64,000 nucleotides of DNA from Felis catus. Its lineage: Eukaryota. The notes under the pieces were generated by a model. It did no database searches and was not told the DNA's origin. It worked only from the letters and a program-made list of their open reading frames with translations. Positions within the stretch are counted from its first letter, which is position 1; each line of letters starts with the position of its first letter. Location: the NCBI RefSeq assembly GCF_018350175.1, contig NC_058373.1, positions 71,734,001 to 71,798,000 on the forward strand. The letters run 5' to 3'. Position numbers and translations under genes: made by a program. Positions 50,185 to 63,300 of this stretch are shown here, one piece after another.

Positions 50185-50715
50185 AATTGAAGAATCCTTT
50201 TAAAAATTATATTTGTTTATAAATTAAACATAAAAGCTTAAGGAAGAACTGGGCTTCTGATTTGCATTTTTAATATAAGGAACATAAATTTTCTTTTATT
50301 ATTATTTTTTAATGTTTATTTATTTATTTACTTAGAGAGACAGTTGGCTCACACAGGAGGGGAGAGAGAGAGAATCCCAAGCAGGCTCTACACTGTCAGC
50401 ATAGAGCCCGATGCAGGCAGGGCTCAAACTCACAAACCGTGAGATCATAACCTGAGCCAAAACCGAGTCGGTCACTCAACTGACTGAACCACCCCAGCAC
50501 CCCCTTTTATGATTTTTTTTAATGTTTACTTATTTTGAGAGAGAGAGCATGAGCAGGGGAGGGGCAGAGAAAGAGGGGAGACAGAGAACCCCAAGCAGGC
50601 TCCTCACTGTCAGCACAGAGCCCACCATGGGGCTTGATCTCACAAAACGTGAAATCATGACCTGAGCCGAAATCAAGAGTCAGACGCTTAAATGACTGAG
50701 TCATCCAGGCATCAG
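49436..50715. mobile_element. Four SINECs (plus 49436-49660, plus 49947-50190, minus 50290-50505, minus 50510-50715) in AT-rich DNA
   Basis: SINEC heads and tails; (TAAA)n tail at about 50145-50187. Confidence 0.85.
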
Positions 50716-52559
50716 GGAACATAAATTTTTAAAAGCCAGAGTAGCCCTCTGAATATTTTCTTTCCGGGAACCAAAAGGGCATTTTAAAAATTCACATTGA
50801 CACTACAGGACCAGTCCATTTTCTACACTGTTTTCATCTATACGGTGAACCGTGAGCTTTGGTTAATTGTGTTTTCTGGTGTTCCCATGTTTGTTGGGCT
50901 TACTGAACACTTCGAAGGGTGGGTGGTCACTGACGATGCAGTGGCCCAGGCTCAGGCCCAAGACCCACAGCAGGCGGCTTCAGCACCAGAACAAAACCTG
51001 GAACTGTATCTCTCCTCAGTGCCCTCCCTCCTCTGCCCACGCTGCCTCCCAGTGGCTCACTCCGCTGACTTGCATTCCGGAGAAACTGAGAAAGGGGAGC
51101 AGGACTCCCCTGAGGCCAGTGTGGCGCTGGCAGAGGCCATCAGCAAAGTATCTCCAAGAAAAAGTAACACTCAAGGGACTATGGTTGAGTCTTCATCCTC
51201 AACTGGGGCTCTTCCTCCTTGGCCAAATTTGGAGTTTTAAGACTACATTTTACTAGGTAGGGGACTTAAAAAAAAAAACAACAGATTGTTAAGTGACTGG
51301 CTCCATCAATATATCAGGCTGCTTGCCTGGAAGAGAGAGAGACTTTGTATGTGTAAAAAATACCCATCATGTTCAGGGTGATGAGGTGAAGTTATATGAG
51401 CGGAATCAAGAGTGCTATATTCTACCAATTAGAGATACTGTGGGGACAAAAACTCCCCATTTCTTAAAAAAAATATATATCAATTTTAAATACAGATATA
51501 TTTTTGGCAGAAATAAAAAAAAAAGACAATGTAACAATTACTTGGAATCAATCAGTTAGGTACTGGGTTTGGAGGCATGGCATAGAGAGAAAGTTTTGTA
51601 GTAAGGGCTCTTAAGAATGGGTGGAATATGGGCAGAGGCCTACAAGTAGTCAGTGAGCACAGGAAAGGAGATGTTAAGGAACTGGAGAGAAATCTGCACT
51701 CACCGGCTTAGCAGTTCTGAAGTTGGGGGTGGGGTGGACGGATGATTTCATGCTGTTGTAATTCCCAGATTGCCTGCCCCTGGAGGACTTTGCTGGGAGG
51801 CATCCAGTGAGGGTTCGGGCTGCCCCTAGATATACCTGGCACATGTTAGATCTTAATAAGTGTTTGTTTAACAAAACTTGTTTTCAGAGCAAAGGAATGG
51901 GGCTAGGAAAATATACAGATTGCAAATCTGGAAAGCTTATAAAACAAATTTTTTTTTTAAAACTCTCATCATGTTTAACATTTTCCAGAGAGGGGGAATC
52001 TACTACCTGTGGAGACAGCCTGTGCCATTTTCTGGCAGCTCTAAATATTTTAAATTGTCCCATATAGAAAGTAATCTACATCTCTCGCTGCAGCAATTCG
52101 CCGATGCCCAGTCACTGTGAGCCCTACAGAATAAACCCAATTGTTCTTCACACCCAACCTCTGAAATATTTTAAGGGAGTTTCACGACCCTTGCCCTCCA
52201 AATATTGGCTCACCAGACAATAACAAGAGCTATAAAATGTCTTCCCCTTTGTGATCCACTAGTTCCAATAATATCCATAAGATATGCTCAATAGAAATAA
52301 CCCCAAGTGGGGAGGAGTAAATTGGTGCACATCTGTTTACACTTTGTGTAACAGAGAAAAGTTAGAAATAATACAAAGTCCTAAAATTGAGAGTGACTTA
52401 AATAAATGACTGGCAACTACATAGTGCTCTAACTGAAGCAGCAAAAGTCATCACTCTGACTGAAGACAAACACACAAAAATCATACTGATGCAGGGAAAT
52501 GTGTACAGGCAATGCTGTGTGAAGAAATCAGAATATACAACTATTTTTTTTCATTTGGA

Positions 52560-53376
52560 AATATTTTTAAAGTTTATTTTTATTTATTTTGAGTGAGACA
52601 GAGAGCAAGCAGGGGAGGGACAGAGAGGGAGACAGAATCCCAAGCAGGCTCCGTACGCTGTCAGCTCAGAGACTGATATGAGGCTTGAACAGACAAACTG
52701 TGAAATCAGGACCTGAGCTGAAATCAAGAGTACCCCTAAAACTGTACTTAAACTTTTTTTAATGTTTATTTTTGAGAGAGAGAGAGACAGAGAGAGAGAG
52801 AACACAAGCAGGGGAGGGGCAGAGAGACAGGGAGATACAGAACCTGAAACAGGCTCCAGGCTCCAAGCTGTCAGCACCGAGCCCGATGCAGGGCTCAAAC
52901 TCATGAACCACAAGATTATGACATAAGCCGAAGTCTGACGCTCAACTGATTGAGCCACCCAGGTGCCCCTAAAACTGTACTTTCAAATGAACTACAACTA
53001 TATAAAACAGTCTCTGGCTTTGTTCGTCAAAAAAGGCCATAAGTGAATTTGGGAGCCTTCCAGAACATCCTCTCCAAGCCATGCTTCCTCCAGATTCACC
53101 TAGCTCAGTGAGCCTACATGTGACCCAGAAGACATTCCACTTTTGTTTTTTGTTTATTTTATTTTATTTATTTTTTTTAACATTTATTTATTTTTGAGAG
53201 ATACAGAGCACGAGTTGGGGAGGGACAGAGAAAGAGGGAGACACAGAATCCGAAGCAGGCTCCAGGCTCTTGAGTTCTCATCACAGAGCCCGAAGCAGGG
53301 CTCAAACTCATTAACCCAGAGATCATGACCTGAACCGAAGTCGGACATTCAACCAACTGAGCCATCCAGGCACCCC
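52560..53376 (-). mobile_element. Three reverse SINECs
   Basis: At about 52560-52738, 52750-52970 (TSD TAAAACTGTACTT) and 53140-53376. Confidence 0.85.
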
Positions 53377-53379
53377 TGT

Positions 53380-54405
53380 TTTTTGTTTTTATAACCAAAT
53401 CATAATTATAGTAGTGTCAGGTATACAACATAATTCATATTTATTGCAAAATGATCACCACAGCCTAGTTAACAACAGCCACCACACATACTTACAAAAT
53501 TTTTTTCTTGTGATGAGAACTTGTACAAAATTTTTTTAATTAAAAAAAATTTTACGTGTAATTATTTGAGTGAGAGAGTGACAGTGTAAGCAGGGGAGGG
53601 ACAGAGAGAGAGGGAGAGAGAATCCCAAGCAGGCTCCGTCTACACTGTCAGCACAGAGCGTGACATGAGGCTTCATCTCTCAAATCACAAGATCATGACC
53701 TGAGGCAAAATCAAGAGCTGAACGCTTAACCAACTGAGCCACCCAGGTGCCCTTCTTATGGTGAGAACTTTTAAGATTTGCTCTTAGCAACTTTCAAATA
53801 TACAATATTATTAACAATGGTCACCATGCTGTATGTACATTATATCTCCACGACTTATTTATTTTATATTTGGAAGTTTGTACTTTTTGACCCCCTGCCC
53901 CCATTTTGCCCACCCTCCACCTCTGGCAACCACCAGTGTNNNNNNNNNNNNNNNNNNNNNNNNNNNNNNNNNNNNNNNNNNNNNNNNNNNNNNNNNNNNN
54001 NNNNNNNNNNNNNNNNNNNNNNNNNNNNNNNNNNNNNNNNNNNNNNNNNNNNNNNNNNNNNNNNNNNNNATAGCATAATTCCCCTAAGATCCACTCATGT
54101 AGCAAATGGCAAGATTTCACTTTTTATGGCTGAATAATATTCATACAAATACACACACACACACACACACACACACAACCACGTTTCCTTTATTCATCCA
54201 TCAATGAACTCTTAGGTTGTTTCCGTACCTTGGCTATTATGAATAACACTACAACAAACATAGGGGCACAGATAACTTTTCGAATTCATGTTTTTGTTTT
54301 CTTCAGATAAATACCCAGAAATGGAATTGCTGGACCCTATGGTAATTCTATTTTTAATTTTGGGGGAAACCTCCATGATGTTTTCCATAGCGGCTGCATC
54401 CCACA
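53380..54405 (-). mobile_element. L1 (L1MA9/L1_Carn-like) 3' fragment with an inserted SINEC (about 53530-53753)
   Basis: Reverse L1 3' sequence, e.g. ATAAATACCCAGAAATGGAATTGCTGGA...CCTCCATGATGTTTTCCATAGCGGCTGCA. Confidence 0.85.
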
Positions 54406-56395
54406 TTTGGCTTTAATTCTGTCTCCTGTGTATTTTCCACTTGTAAACATTGACCACCAAACAAAGAACTTGTAAGGGACAAATCCAGGGAGAAAGGAGA
54501 GCTAAGCAACAGACTCCAGGCCTCAGGCACCACTTGGGCATGGTTTTCACCTCTCTCTTCTTCCCACCGCTGTTCCTGTTCTGTGGATCTTTCTGCTCCC
54601 CTTACCGTTTTCACCTGGATTCGTAATATCTCTTGGGATCTAGTCAGACACTATCTAGGACACAGCAGGGACAAAATAGACAAAGGTCCTTATCTTTAAG
54701 GAACTTATTTTCAAATGATACGTGGTGGAGCTGGTGGACCTATTATGAGAGACAGGACATAAATACATACATAATCAAAAAGAGATAAATACCGTGAAGA
54801 AAACAAAACAAAAAAACATCATTGGAAGGGACGATAGGTGAAAGACCACTTTAGACCAGGTGGTCATGGAAGAGATTTGAAAATCCAACACTTTAGTAAA
54901 ATCCCAAAGGATGAGAGCCAGCCCCCTAGAACTGTGAAAAGAAGTCTCCAGGTGGAAGAAAAAGAGAGTAAGAAGACCCCAAATTAGGAATAAGCAAGGC
55001 ATGTTTAAAAAACTGGAAGAAGGCCACTAGGGCTGGAGGGTCACTCAGAGAGATAGGCAGAAAATGATTCATATGCAAATTGGAAGCCATTAGAAGGGGT
55101 TGAGGGTATCTGACTGGAGTTTTTAGAAGATGCTCTGGGTGACGGGTTGCAGAGAATGGCTTCTCAGGAAGTAAGAGTACAGAACGTCAACCAGTATGGA
55201 AACTAATTCACCAGCACAGACAAGATGGTGGTGGTGTGGACTTTGATGACACCTAGCTCAGAGAAAGTAAGTTGTACATTTTTAAAGGAATATTACCAAT
55301 AAAATAAAGCCAAAACTAAGGGAAAATTAAACAAAAAACAGTATTAACATATGTACTGTATACTACACAGATTTCTTATCCTAAAATAACTAAGGCTTGG
55401 CTCCAGTTTCCTTGGAAGGCACAGGTAACAAAAACATGTTCTCTCAAGTCTGTCCCTTCTTGTCTCTACAATTCCCGTTTGTGGTCCTTCATCACTTCCC
55501 CCTTGTCTGGAAGCCCGGGACCAAAGCAGGGCCCTGGTCACTCCCAGTGGACAAAGAGTCCACTCCCAGTGGACAAAGAGTGGAGCCTATGGTCCCAAGC
55601 CTACCTAGAATGCCAATTACATCTCTTGGGGCACAGAAAGTGGGTAATAAGCATTACAGAAACAAATGTTTCTTCCACTTTCTCTCATGTTTCGATAACA
55701 CTACTTCCCTACAAAAAACATTTTGGAAATTTCTTGGGGATTATTTTAACTATTGCTTATTCTAGAACAGATAGGAAAAAAGGATTTTTATTCTCTGACC
55801 CACAGAGATGTGTCTGTCACTTTTAGATGCTCTTTCAGCACTGGCTATTACAAAAATAAACATCTTCTAATATGCTGGTTAGATGATAGAAAAGGTGATG
55901 TAGTGTTCAATCTGCTTCTTTTCTGGACTCTGACAGTTTAGACGAAACCCTGTAACTTAGTGTTTGAGAGTGAAGACTCTGGAGTCAGACTGCGTGGGCT
56001 CAAATCCTGGCTTTTCTGCTTACTGTGCACTTTCCAGCAAATTTATTTAACTTCAGTAAGCCAGAAGTTCATCTATAAAATGGGAGTTTGGTAAGCTCCA
56101 AGGAATTTGAAATTGGTGAAATATGATGAGAACTGTTTGTGAATACAAGAGAAGGCTTCAAAGCCTGGGCTGTTCCAAACTTCCAATTCCTCCCATATCA
56201 TCTGTCCCCTTCACATCTCCCCAAAACATACTCATCAACATACATTCTATTGCACACACATGCATACCACACGCATTCACACTGTAGGTGACAGCCTGCA
56301 TTCTTGCAGAAAGTGTATTTAACCATTATAAGGAAATTCACTTTACTTACTAAAATAAAATCTTTCTCATTTAGTACAGATTAAAACAACTCCTA

Positions 56396-56622
56396 GGGGC
56401 ACCTGGGTGGCTCTGTTGGGTGAGCATCAAACTTCAGCTCAGGTTATGATCTCACAGCTCCTGAGTTCAAGCCCCGTGTTGGGCTCTGTGCTGACAGCTC
56501 AGAGCCCGGAGCCTGCTTTGGATTCTGTGTCTCCATCTCTCTCTGCCCCTCCCCTATTCGCGATCTCTCTCTCTCTCTCTCTCTCTCAGAAATAAACACT
56601 AAAAAAAAAAAAAAAAAAAAAA
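56396..56622 (+). mobile_element. SINEC
   Basis: Canonical head, (CT)n tract, polyA tail. Confidence 0.9.
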
Positions 56623-57899
56623 TCTGGAAAGGAGTAACTGGATCCCAGAACTTGCAACTAAACTCCATCACCCTGCAGGCTCAAAAAATTTCAATGGCTC
56701 CCCTTTTTCCATAGAAAAAAATGATCCACCCTTTTTTTTTTTTCCAGGAGTGCATGAACTCCCAGAGCCAGCTCAATTTATGTCCACTTCCTAATTGTGG
56801 GAAACTTGGATTCTACCAAATGTTTCCCAGACAACTGCTTGACTATAAGGAAGGTAAGACCCGGTAAGGGAAAGTTCAGACTCTTTCCCAACACTGGAAA
56901 TGGGTCCGTTGGATTTGAAACAAGTGAATAAGGTTCATAATATATTCTCTACAAGTTTCCTAAGTGTTGGCCTCTGTAACCAGCTACTGGGCAGCATTTA
57001 TAAAGTGGACACCAGGGGGTAGCAAAATCTCACTCTCCCAGTTCCCCAGCACTAATTACAAGGAAGCCAGAGAGTCTCCTTGACTTCAGGGCCCATAACC
57101 CAGTGGTGGAAATGAACTCCAGCTCCCTACCTCTAACTCTGCTGGGAACATTATCACTAAAGTTTGCTTGCCCTCGATTTTTTTTTTTTTTCTTTGACAC
57201 CATGGAGCAGAGGGATTTTCTTGTCTCCAAGAAGAATCAACAATTTCTCTTCTTTTCCAGACCCAGTGGAGTGGAGAAAGGATGGAGTTTAGCTTTCAGA
57301 GGTAGTGAAAGAAGAGCTCATCACCTAGGCGACGCCCTCCTCTCCAGCGGTTCCAACCACTGCCCAGAGGCTCCAGCCTCCTGGCCTCACAGGTGCTGCA
57401 CCCACTGGCAGGACGTTTTCCAAACGTCAGCCCCCAGCCGCAGTGGCACATGCCTTCACGCCCCTCTCTGGGGACTATTTAGCTTTCCGATCTCCTCTCA
57501 AACGTCCACCCTTGGGGAGTGCCGCACCCCACCCCCAGCCCCTACAGGGCTTCCCTTTGCCCGCTCGCAGGAGGAACAAAAGCACATCCCGTCTATGCCT
57601 AAGCCTCCCCTGCTCTCCTGGGAAACCCTCGCAGGGGCTTCATTTCACATCCAGACGCAGTGGAGGATGGGTGAGACTAGAACTTTCTTAACTAGACTAC
57701 CCCTCTTTGTCTGCTGCTGCGCCAGATAACCATCCTCACCGCGTTGAGCCCTAGCGATCTTGGGAGACTTGTATCGCCACCCCCATAAGAAGGAAGGGTC
57801 TTTCGAATCATGGGATCTGACTCGGGGAGAGGGGCGGGGTGTCTGATGCCTTCCCTCCGCCAGCCGAAAATGGAGAGACATGATGCAGAGGGGAAGGGG

Positions 57900-60320
57900 C
57901 AGGGAGGAAAGAATTCAGAAAACGTCTGCCAAAGTGCACACCCCTGCAGGAGGATTTGATCCGAAGACCCTGCTCCCCTTCCGTCACGATGTTCACCCCC
58001 ACCCCCCACCCCAAGCCTTCCCAGCTCCCTAATTCCGCCTATCCCCCCCCCCCCGCCTCCGCCCTCCCCTGGCCGCACAGAGGAGCCCATTGTCGGAGCC
58101 AGAAGGCTCGAGGCCGAAGGAGATGGGAGAGAAAGAGGGCGGGCAAGCCCCTGGAGGGTGGAAGGAATCCCCTGATTTCCCTGCCCTCAGCTCCACCAGA
58201 GTCAGCAGGGGCCTGGGGGTCTTTTCCGAGCTCCAGGTGCTGCCGAAGTCTGGCAACCACGGGGAGTACAGGTTCTCGGGCGAGTTACAGACGGGAGGCG
58301 CCGGCCGCCAAAGGACCCCAGTCCTAGGCTAGGTACCCCAGAAAATTCACGTACGCCCCACCCTCTGGAGTGTCCCTTGCGGAAGCTAAACTGATCCCGC
58401 AGGGAGCGAGGCGGCGGCGGCAAAAGAGGGGCATCCTCGGCAAGGCGGGCGTCCGAGGGCCAGGGTCGGGGCTGCCCACTGGAGGGCGGGGCGGAGGAGG
58501 AAGCGCGTTGCGGGAGAGGGAGGCAGATCTGCTGGGGCGTCGGGGAAGCCGCGGAGAAGCTCCGCGCGGGAGAAGGAGTCCCGGCAGGGGGTCCGGCGCG
58601 GAGGCGGAGGCGGGCACTGAAAGGCGGGGCGGGGAGGGGCGGCCGTCTCGGCCCTCCCTGGCGGGGCCCCGCGGCCTGGGAGCCCGGGCGGGCCGATCCG
58701 CCACCGCGGCCGGAGCTGTCCCCCAGCCAGACCCGGCGAGACGCGAGCGGCGGGAGGGAGGCGGCGGCGCGCCCGGCCCCGCCCGCCCGAGCGTCGGACG
58801 CGGCCCCGCGCCGAGCCATGGTGAGTCCGGCGTCGCAGCCCCGGTGTCCCCCTCTGCCTTAGCGCAGCCCGCTCGGGGCCGCCAGCCCCCAGCCCAGTGC
58901 CTCCAGCGCCTGCCTTGGTCTGTCGAGCGCTTCTGGGACTCTCCTCCCGCCCATCCCCCCCTTCTTTTCTTTGGTCTGTCTGCCCCACTGTCTGGCTCTG
59001 TCCCCACCGGGTATTGCTCTCACTCTCTTTCTTCCCTTCTTCTCCGCCCCCTCCCCCATCCTCCCTTTGGTCGTCCCCCCAGTCCACACGCCTCCCCCCG
59101 CCCTCCTCTGTCCCGACCTGTGCCTTCCTTTGCAGGATCTTCCCTCCCCCTCCGGGTCCCAGCTCCTTACCCGCGGGAGACCCCTGCGGGTTGGTGCTGC
59201 AGTGGCCCTGGAAGGGGCCCGGCCTCGGGTCATGAGAACTGACCTGCCTGGAACCACCATTTTCCATCCCAGTCCCCAGCCCGGTGAGCTGGGCCCACCC
59301 ATCCGGCCCTGGGGGACCGGCCACAGCTGTGGCTGGGCTGGGGCCAGGGACGTGGCCAAAGAGGGAAATTCCCGTGGAGAAAGACGGGTTGCTTCAAGAT
59401 AGTGGACAGAGTGGGGAGGGGGCGTGACGCTGCCAGAGCAGACAAGAGATGGGGGGGGGGGGGTCTGGGCAGAGTGCCCCAGGGCTCTCGCTGCAGGGAA
59501 CAGAAGCACTGTCTTAGAGTCCTCAGCTGCAGAGGGGAGGGAGCATTAGCGGGAGCTCCCCGCAGGAGGTAGGAGACTCTGGCAGCAGCAACTTAGGACA
59601 CAGGAAGCAGGGTGGCACTATTAAGGGGGAGCCCCTACCAACAGGAGTGGACACTATTCTGGGAACTTTCACTCCAGAAGTTCTCTCTGAAGAATCATTC
59701 CAAGTAGTGAGCACTGCCAGAGAGAGCGCCCACTCCACTGTAGGGGGGGTGGGAGGTACAAGGCTAAAGGGGCGCTCACTGCAAGAGTGGAGGAGGGGGG
59801 AGGCCCTGCCAGGGGGCGCTCACTGCAAGGAGGTGGGGGGAGGAGCACTACCGGGGCTGCTTCTCTACAGAAGGAAGGGCACCCCCTGGCAGGGAGGCTG
59901 GAGCAAGAAAAAAGAGGAACTGGGCCAGGGAGAGCTGACTCAGTCTCTCTGGTCTCCTTTTTGGTCCTGGCCGACTGGAGGCCCGGTCTCTGTGCTCCTG
60001 CCCGCCGCCTCCCACCCCAGACCCCTCCTCCCCTCCTGCCGCTGCAGTTTCCTGTGGCTGAGACTCTCGCTCAGCCATGAGCTCACCGCCCCTAATGGGT
60101 TGCAGCTGCCTCGCTGCTCCAGCTCTAGCTACCCCCTCCTGGCCTCCGATCGGACAGCCCACTTTGCCTCACCCCGCCACTCTCCACTATCCCACCCTCC
60201 CACCTCCCCCCCGCCCCTCTTTGCGCTAGCCGCCAGCCAGCCGGGTCCCCGGAACACTGGGGGGTCTGTCTGCTCGCCCACACACCTTGGGGCTGGGTCT
60301 CCGCGCTGACGCACTGAATG
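57900..60320. promoter_or_regulatory. CpG island, ARHGEF40 promoter and intron 1
   Basis: Extremely CpG-rich at 58050-58900 with many GC boxes; GC-rich sequence continues to about 60320. Confidence 0.85.
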
Positions 60321-63300
60321 TCCGACTCCGGAGTGGCTGCCCTGGCTTCTCAGAGGGTCAGGACAGATGGGCAACTAGTAAAATACGCAGTTTTGTCTGC
60401 AGGGCAAAGACAAGACTGGGGGAGGGTGGTCATAAAGAACTAGATGAACACGGCAGTGAGCATCCCCTTGCCCACTTAGAGCAAACAAATCTGATACAAA
60501 GAACTTCAAAGCCATCTTGAAAGAGAAATTAGTCTGCAAAGGAATATAGCCTGAGGAGTGGTTGTTTAGGGTACACATTGGAGAAAGATACCCATTGATT
60601 CACCTAGGGAGGCAAATTTAGAGAAAGCAGGGCTGAGTCTTTTGAGACAGTGGCTACAGGTGGAGTTGGTGGAGAGGTCCTACTGGAATCAGAAACTACA
60701 TAACATCGAAGCCTCCCCTCCCCACATGTCCCTTTTGTGACTATTTCCTCTTTCAGCTGTACCCACCCCATTCTTTGTAACCCAATCCCACATGTGGGGA
60801 AGTGGGTGATACCTTTAGAGCCACTCTGAGAGGGAAGAGGTTGCTAGAAAGACGCCACAGACAGCCCTTTAGTCCTCCTTCTTCCCACCCAATGACCATC
60901 TCTAGGAGATGATTGTTCATGGATGGTGGCACCTCCACTTGAGATGGAGCTCCCCAGATGGTAGACCCTGTGAGGAGGGGCTTATAGGATGGCTGTGTGA
61001 AAGCCCTCCACCCTTCAGAACTCTCTCAGCCATCACTGAATCTTCTGGTGGCCCAGAGGCCTGCCTCTCCCAGAGGAGTCCCTATGCAATCTTCCCAACT
61101 CAAGAACCAGGAATGGCCCTGAGATCAGAGACATTCACCAAAAATTCTCCCTGGCCCTCCAAAGCCAACGTCTCAGAGCTCCAGTGTGGAATACACCACT
61201 AGTCCTGTGCACTCTGACTGATCCAGTCCCACCGGGGCCATCCCAGGCTCATTCAGCCACCATTTCCTGAGTGTCCTCTCTGAGCACATAATGTGTATGA
61301 GGTGGCCCCTGGGAGTCACTCCCAGCCCCATACCAGGAGCCATGCCCTCCAGGGATCTGCAGCCCGTCTTATCTCTCCCAGGAGCCCGAGCCAGTGGAAG
61401 ACTGTGTGCAGAGCACGCTGGCCGCCCTGTACCCGCCCTTCGAGGCAACGGCCCCCACACTGTTGGGCCAGGTGTTCCAGGTGGTGGAGAGGACTTATCG
61501 GGAGGATGCGCTGAGGTACACGCTGGACTTCCTGGTGCCCGCCAAGCACCTGCTTGCCAAGGTCCAGCAGGAAGCCTGTGTGAGTGGCCCCTAAGACCCA
61601 CTGTCTCGCCTCAGAGACTAGCCAGACTAATTTCCATCTACGCCAGCTCCCAACACTGATGGCCCCCAGAGGCACAGGCCACTCAGATACTAACGCACAC
61701 AGACACTCATCTTCCCCAAATATTGACCCCTAAAAAAAATATCAACTCCCACAGTCCCATCAGACCCAATTCCAGACATTTCCCCCCTCATATGGATTTC
61801 TCAAGATACTAACTCCCCCAAACAGGACTCAACAGAGATCCTTCACTTCTGCCGATATAAAGACTCCTAAGACTCCTAAGAGTCTCTGATCCCTCCAAGA
61901 CAATGGCATCTGCTGACCATACCATATGTAATGACTCAGTTGTTACCCTCCCACGCATGGAACTCGTTTGCTAGAGAAGCTTCCTACTAGCAGAAAACTG
62001 AACAGTCCCAATCCTTTCCTCTGCTACATGACCATCCCTCCAGCTCCCCTGGGATTGTGACCTATCAGGCCAAAGGCCAGCCCTGCCTAGGGTGGTCCCA
62101 TTCTAACTGCCTTCTCCTGCTGGCTTCATCAGTGGGGGCCTGAGCTCAGTCCCACCTCTCTCCCCAGGCCCAGTACAGCGGTTTCCTCTTCTTCCATGAG
62201 GGCTGGCCCCTCTGCCTGCACGAGCAGGTGGTGGTGCAGCTTGCAGCCCTGCCCTGGCAGCTGCTACGTCCAGGAGACTTCTACCTGCAAGTGGTGCCCT
62301 CAGCAGCCCAAGCACCCCGCCTGGCACTCAAGTGCCTGGCCCCAGGGGGCGGGCGGGTACAGGAGTTGCCTGTGCCCAATGAGGCCTGTGCCTACCTATT
62401 CACACCTGAGTGGCTACAAGGCATCAATAAGGACCGGCCAACAGGTCGCCTCAGTACTTGCCTACTATCTGCGCCCTCTGGCATTCAGCGGCTGCCCTGG
62501 GCAGAGCTCATCTGCCCACGATTTGTGCACAAAGGAGGCCTCATGGTTGGACATCGGCCAAGCACACTGCCCCCCGAGCTGCCCTCTGGACCCCCAGGGC
62601 TCCCCAGCCCTCCACTCCCTGAGGAGGCCTTGGGCACCCGGAGTCCTGGGGATGGGCACAATGCCCCCGCTGAAGGACCCGAGGGCGAGTACGTGGAGCT
62701 GCTGGAAGTGACACTGCCTGCGAGGGGGAGCCCCACAGATGCTGAGGGCTCCTCGGGCCTCTCCAGGACCCGGACGGTACCCACCCGAAAGGGTGCTGGA
62801 GGAAAGGGCCGGCACAGGAGACACCGGGCCTGGATGCACCAGAAGGGTCTGGGGGCCCGGGACCAGGATGGGGCACGCCCACCTGGTGAGGGAAGCAGCA
62901 CTGGAGCCTCCCCCGGGTCTCCCCCTGGAGCTGAGGCTCTCCCAGAAGCGACAGCCCTAGAGGTATCTGAGTCTCCAGCAGAGACATTGGGGGAATCCTC
63001 TGAATCTTGCCCCCTGAGGCCAGGGGAGGTTGGGGGAGGGGCAGGCCAGGGGGCTGAAGGACCACCCGGCACCCCTCGGAGAACAGGCAAAGGAAACAGG
63101 AGAAAGAAACGTGCTGCAGGCAGAGGGGCTCTTAGCCGAGGAGGGGACAGTGCTCCACTGAGCCCTGGGGACAAGGAAGAGTCCAGCCACCAGGAAGTCC
63201 ATGTCAGTCTGCCCCCGCCAAATGAGCAGGAGCTTCCAGGATGCAGCCCGGTTGAAGAGGAGCACAAAGGCTCAGAGAAGCCAGAGTCTGAGCTGAAAGA

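Noticed and set aside
50797-51256. 147-aa and 129-aa ORFs in a GC-richer patch amid AT-rich DNA
   Set aside because: They have non-ATG starts, no family I recognise and no convincing exon structure. A tBLASTx search would be needed to exclude a pseudogene fragment.
58202-59509. Several long ORFs (205-312 aa) on both strands in the ARHGEF40 CpG island
   Set aside because: Stop-poor GC-rich DNA gives Arg/Gly/Pro/Ala-rich translations with no recognisable domain. Only the ATG exon and the MENGGSRQ micro-exon have splice support.
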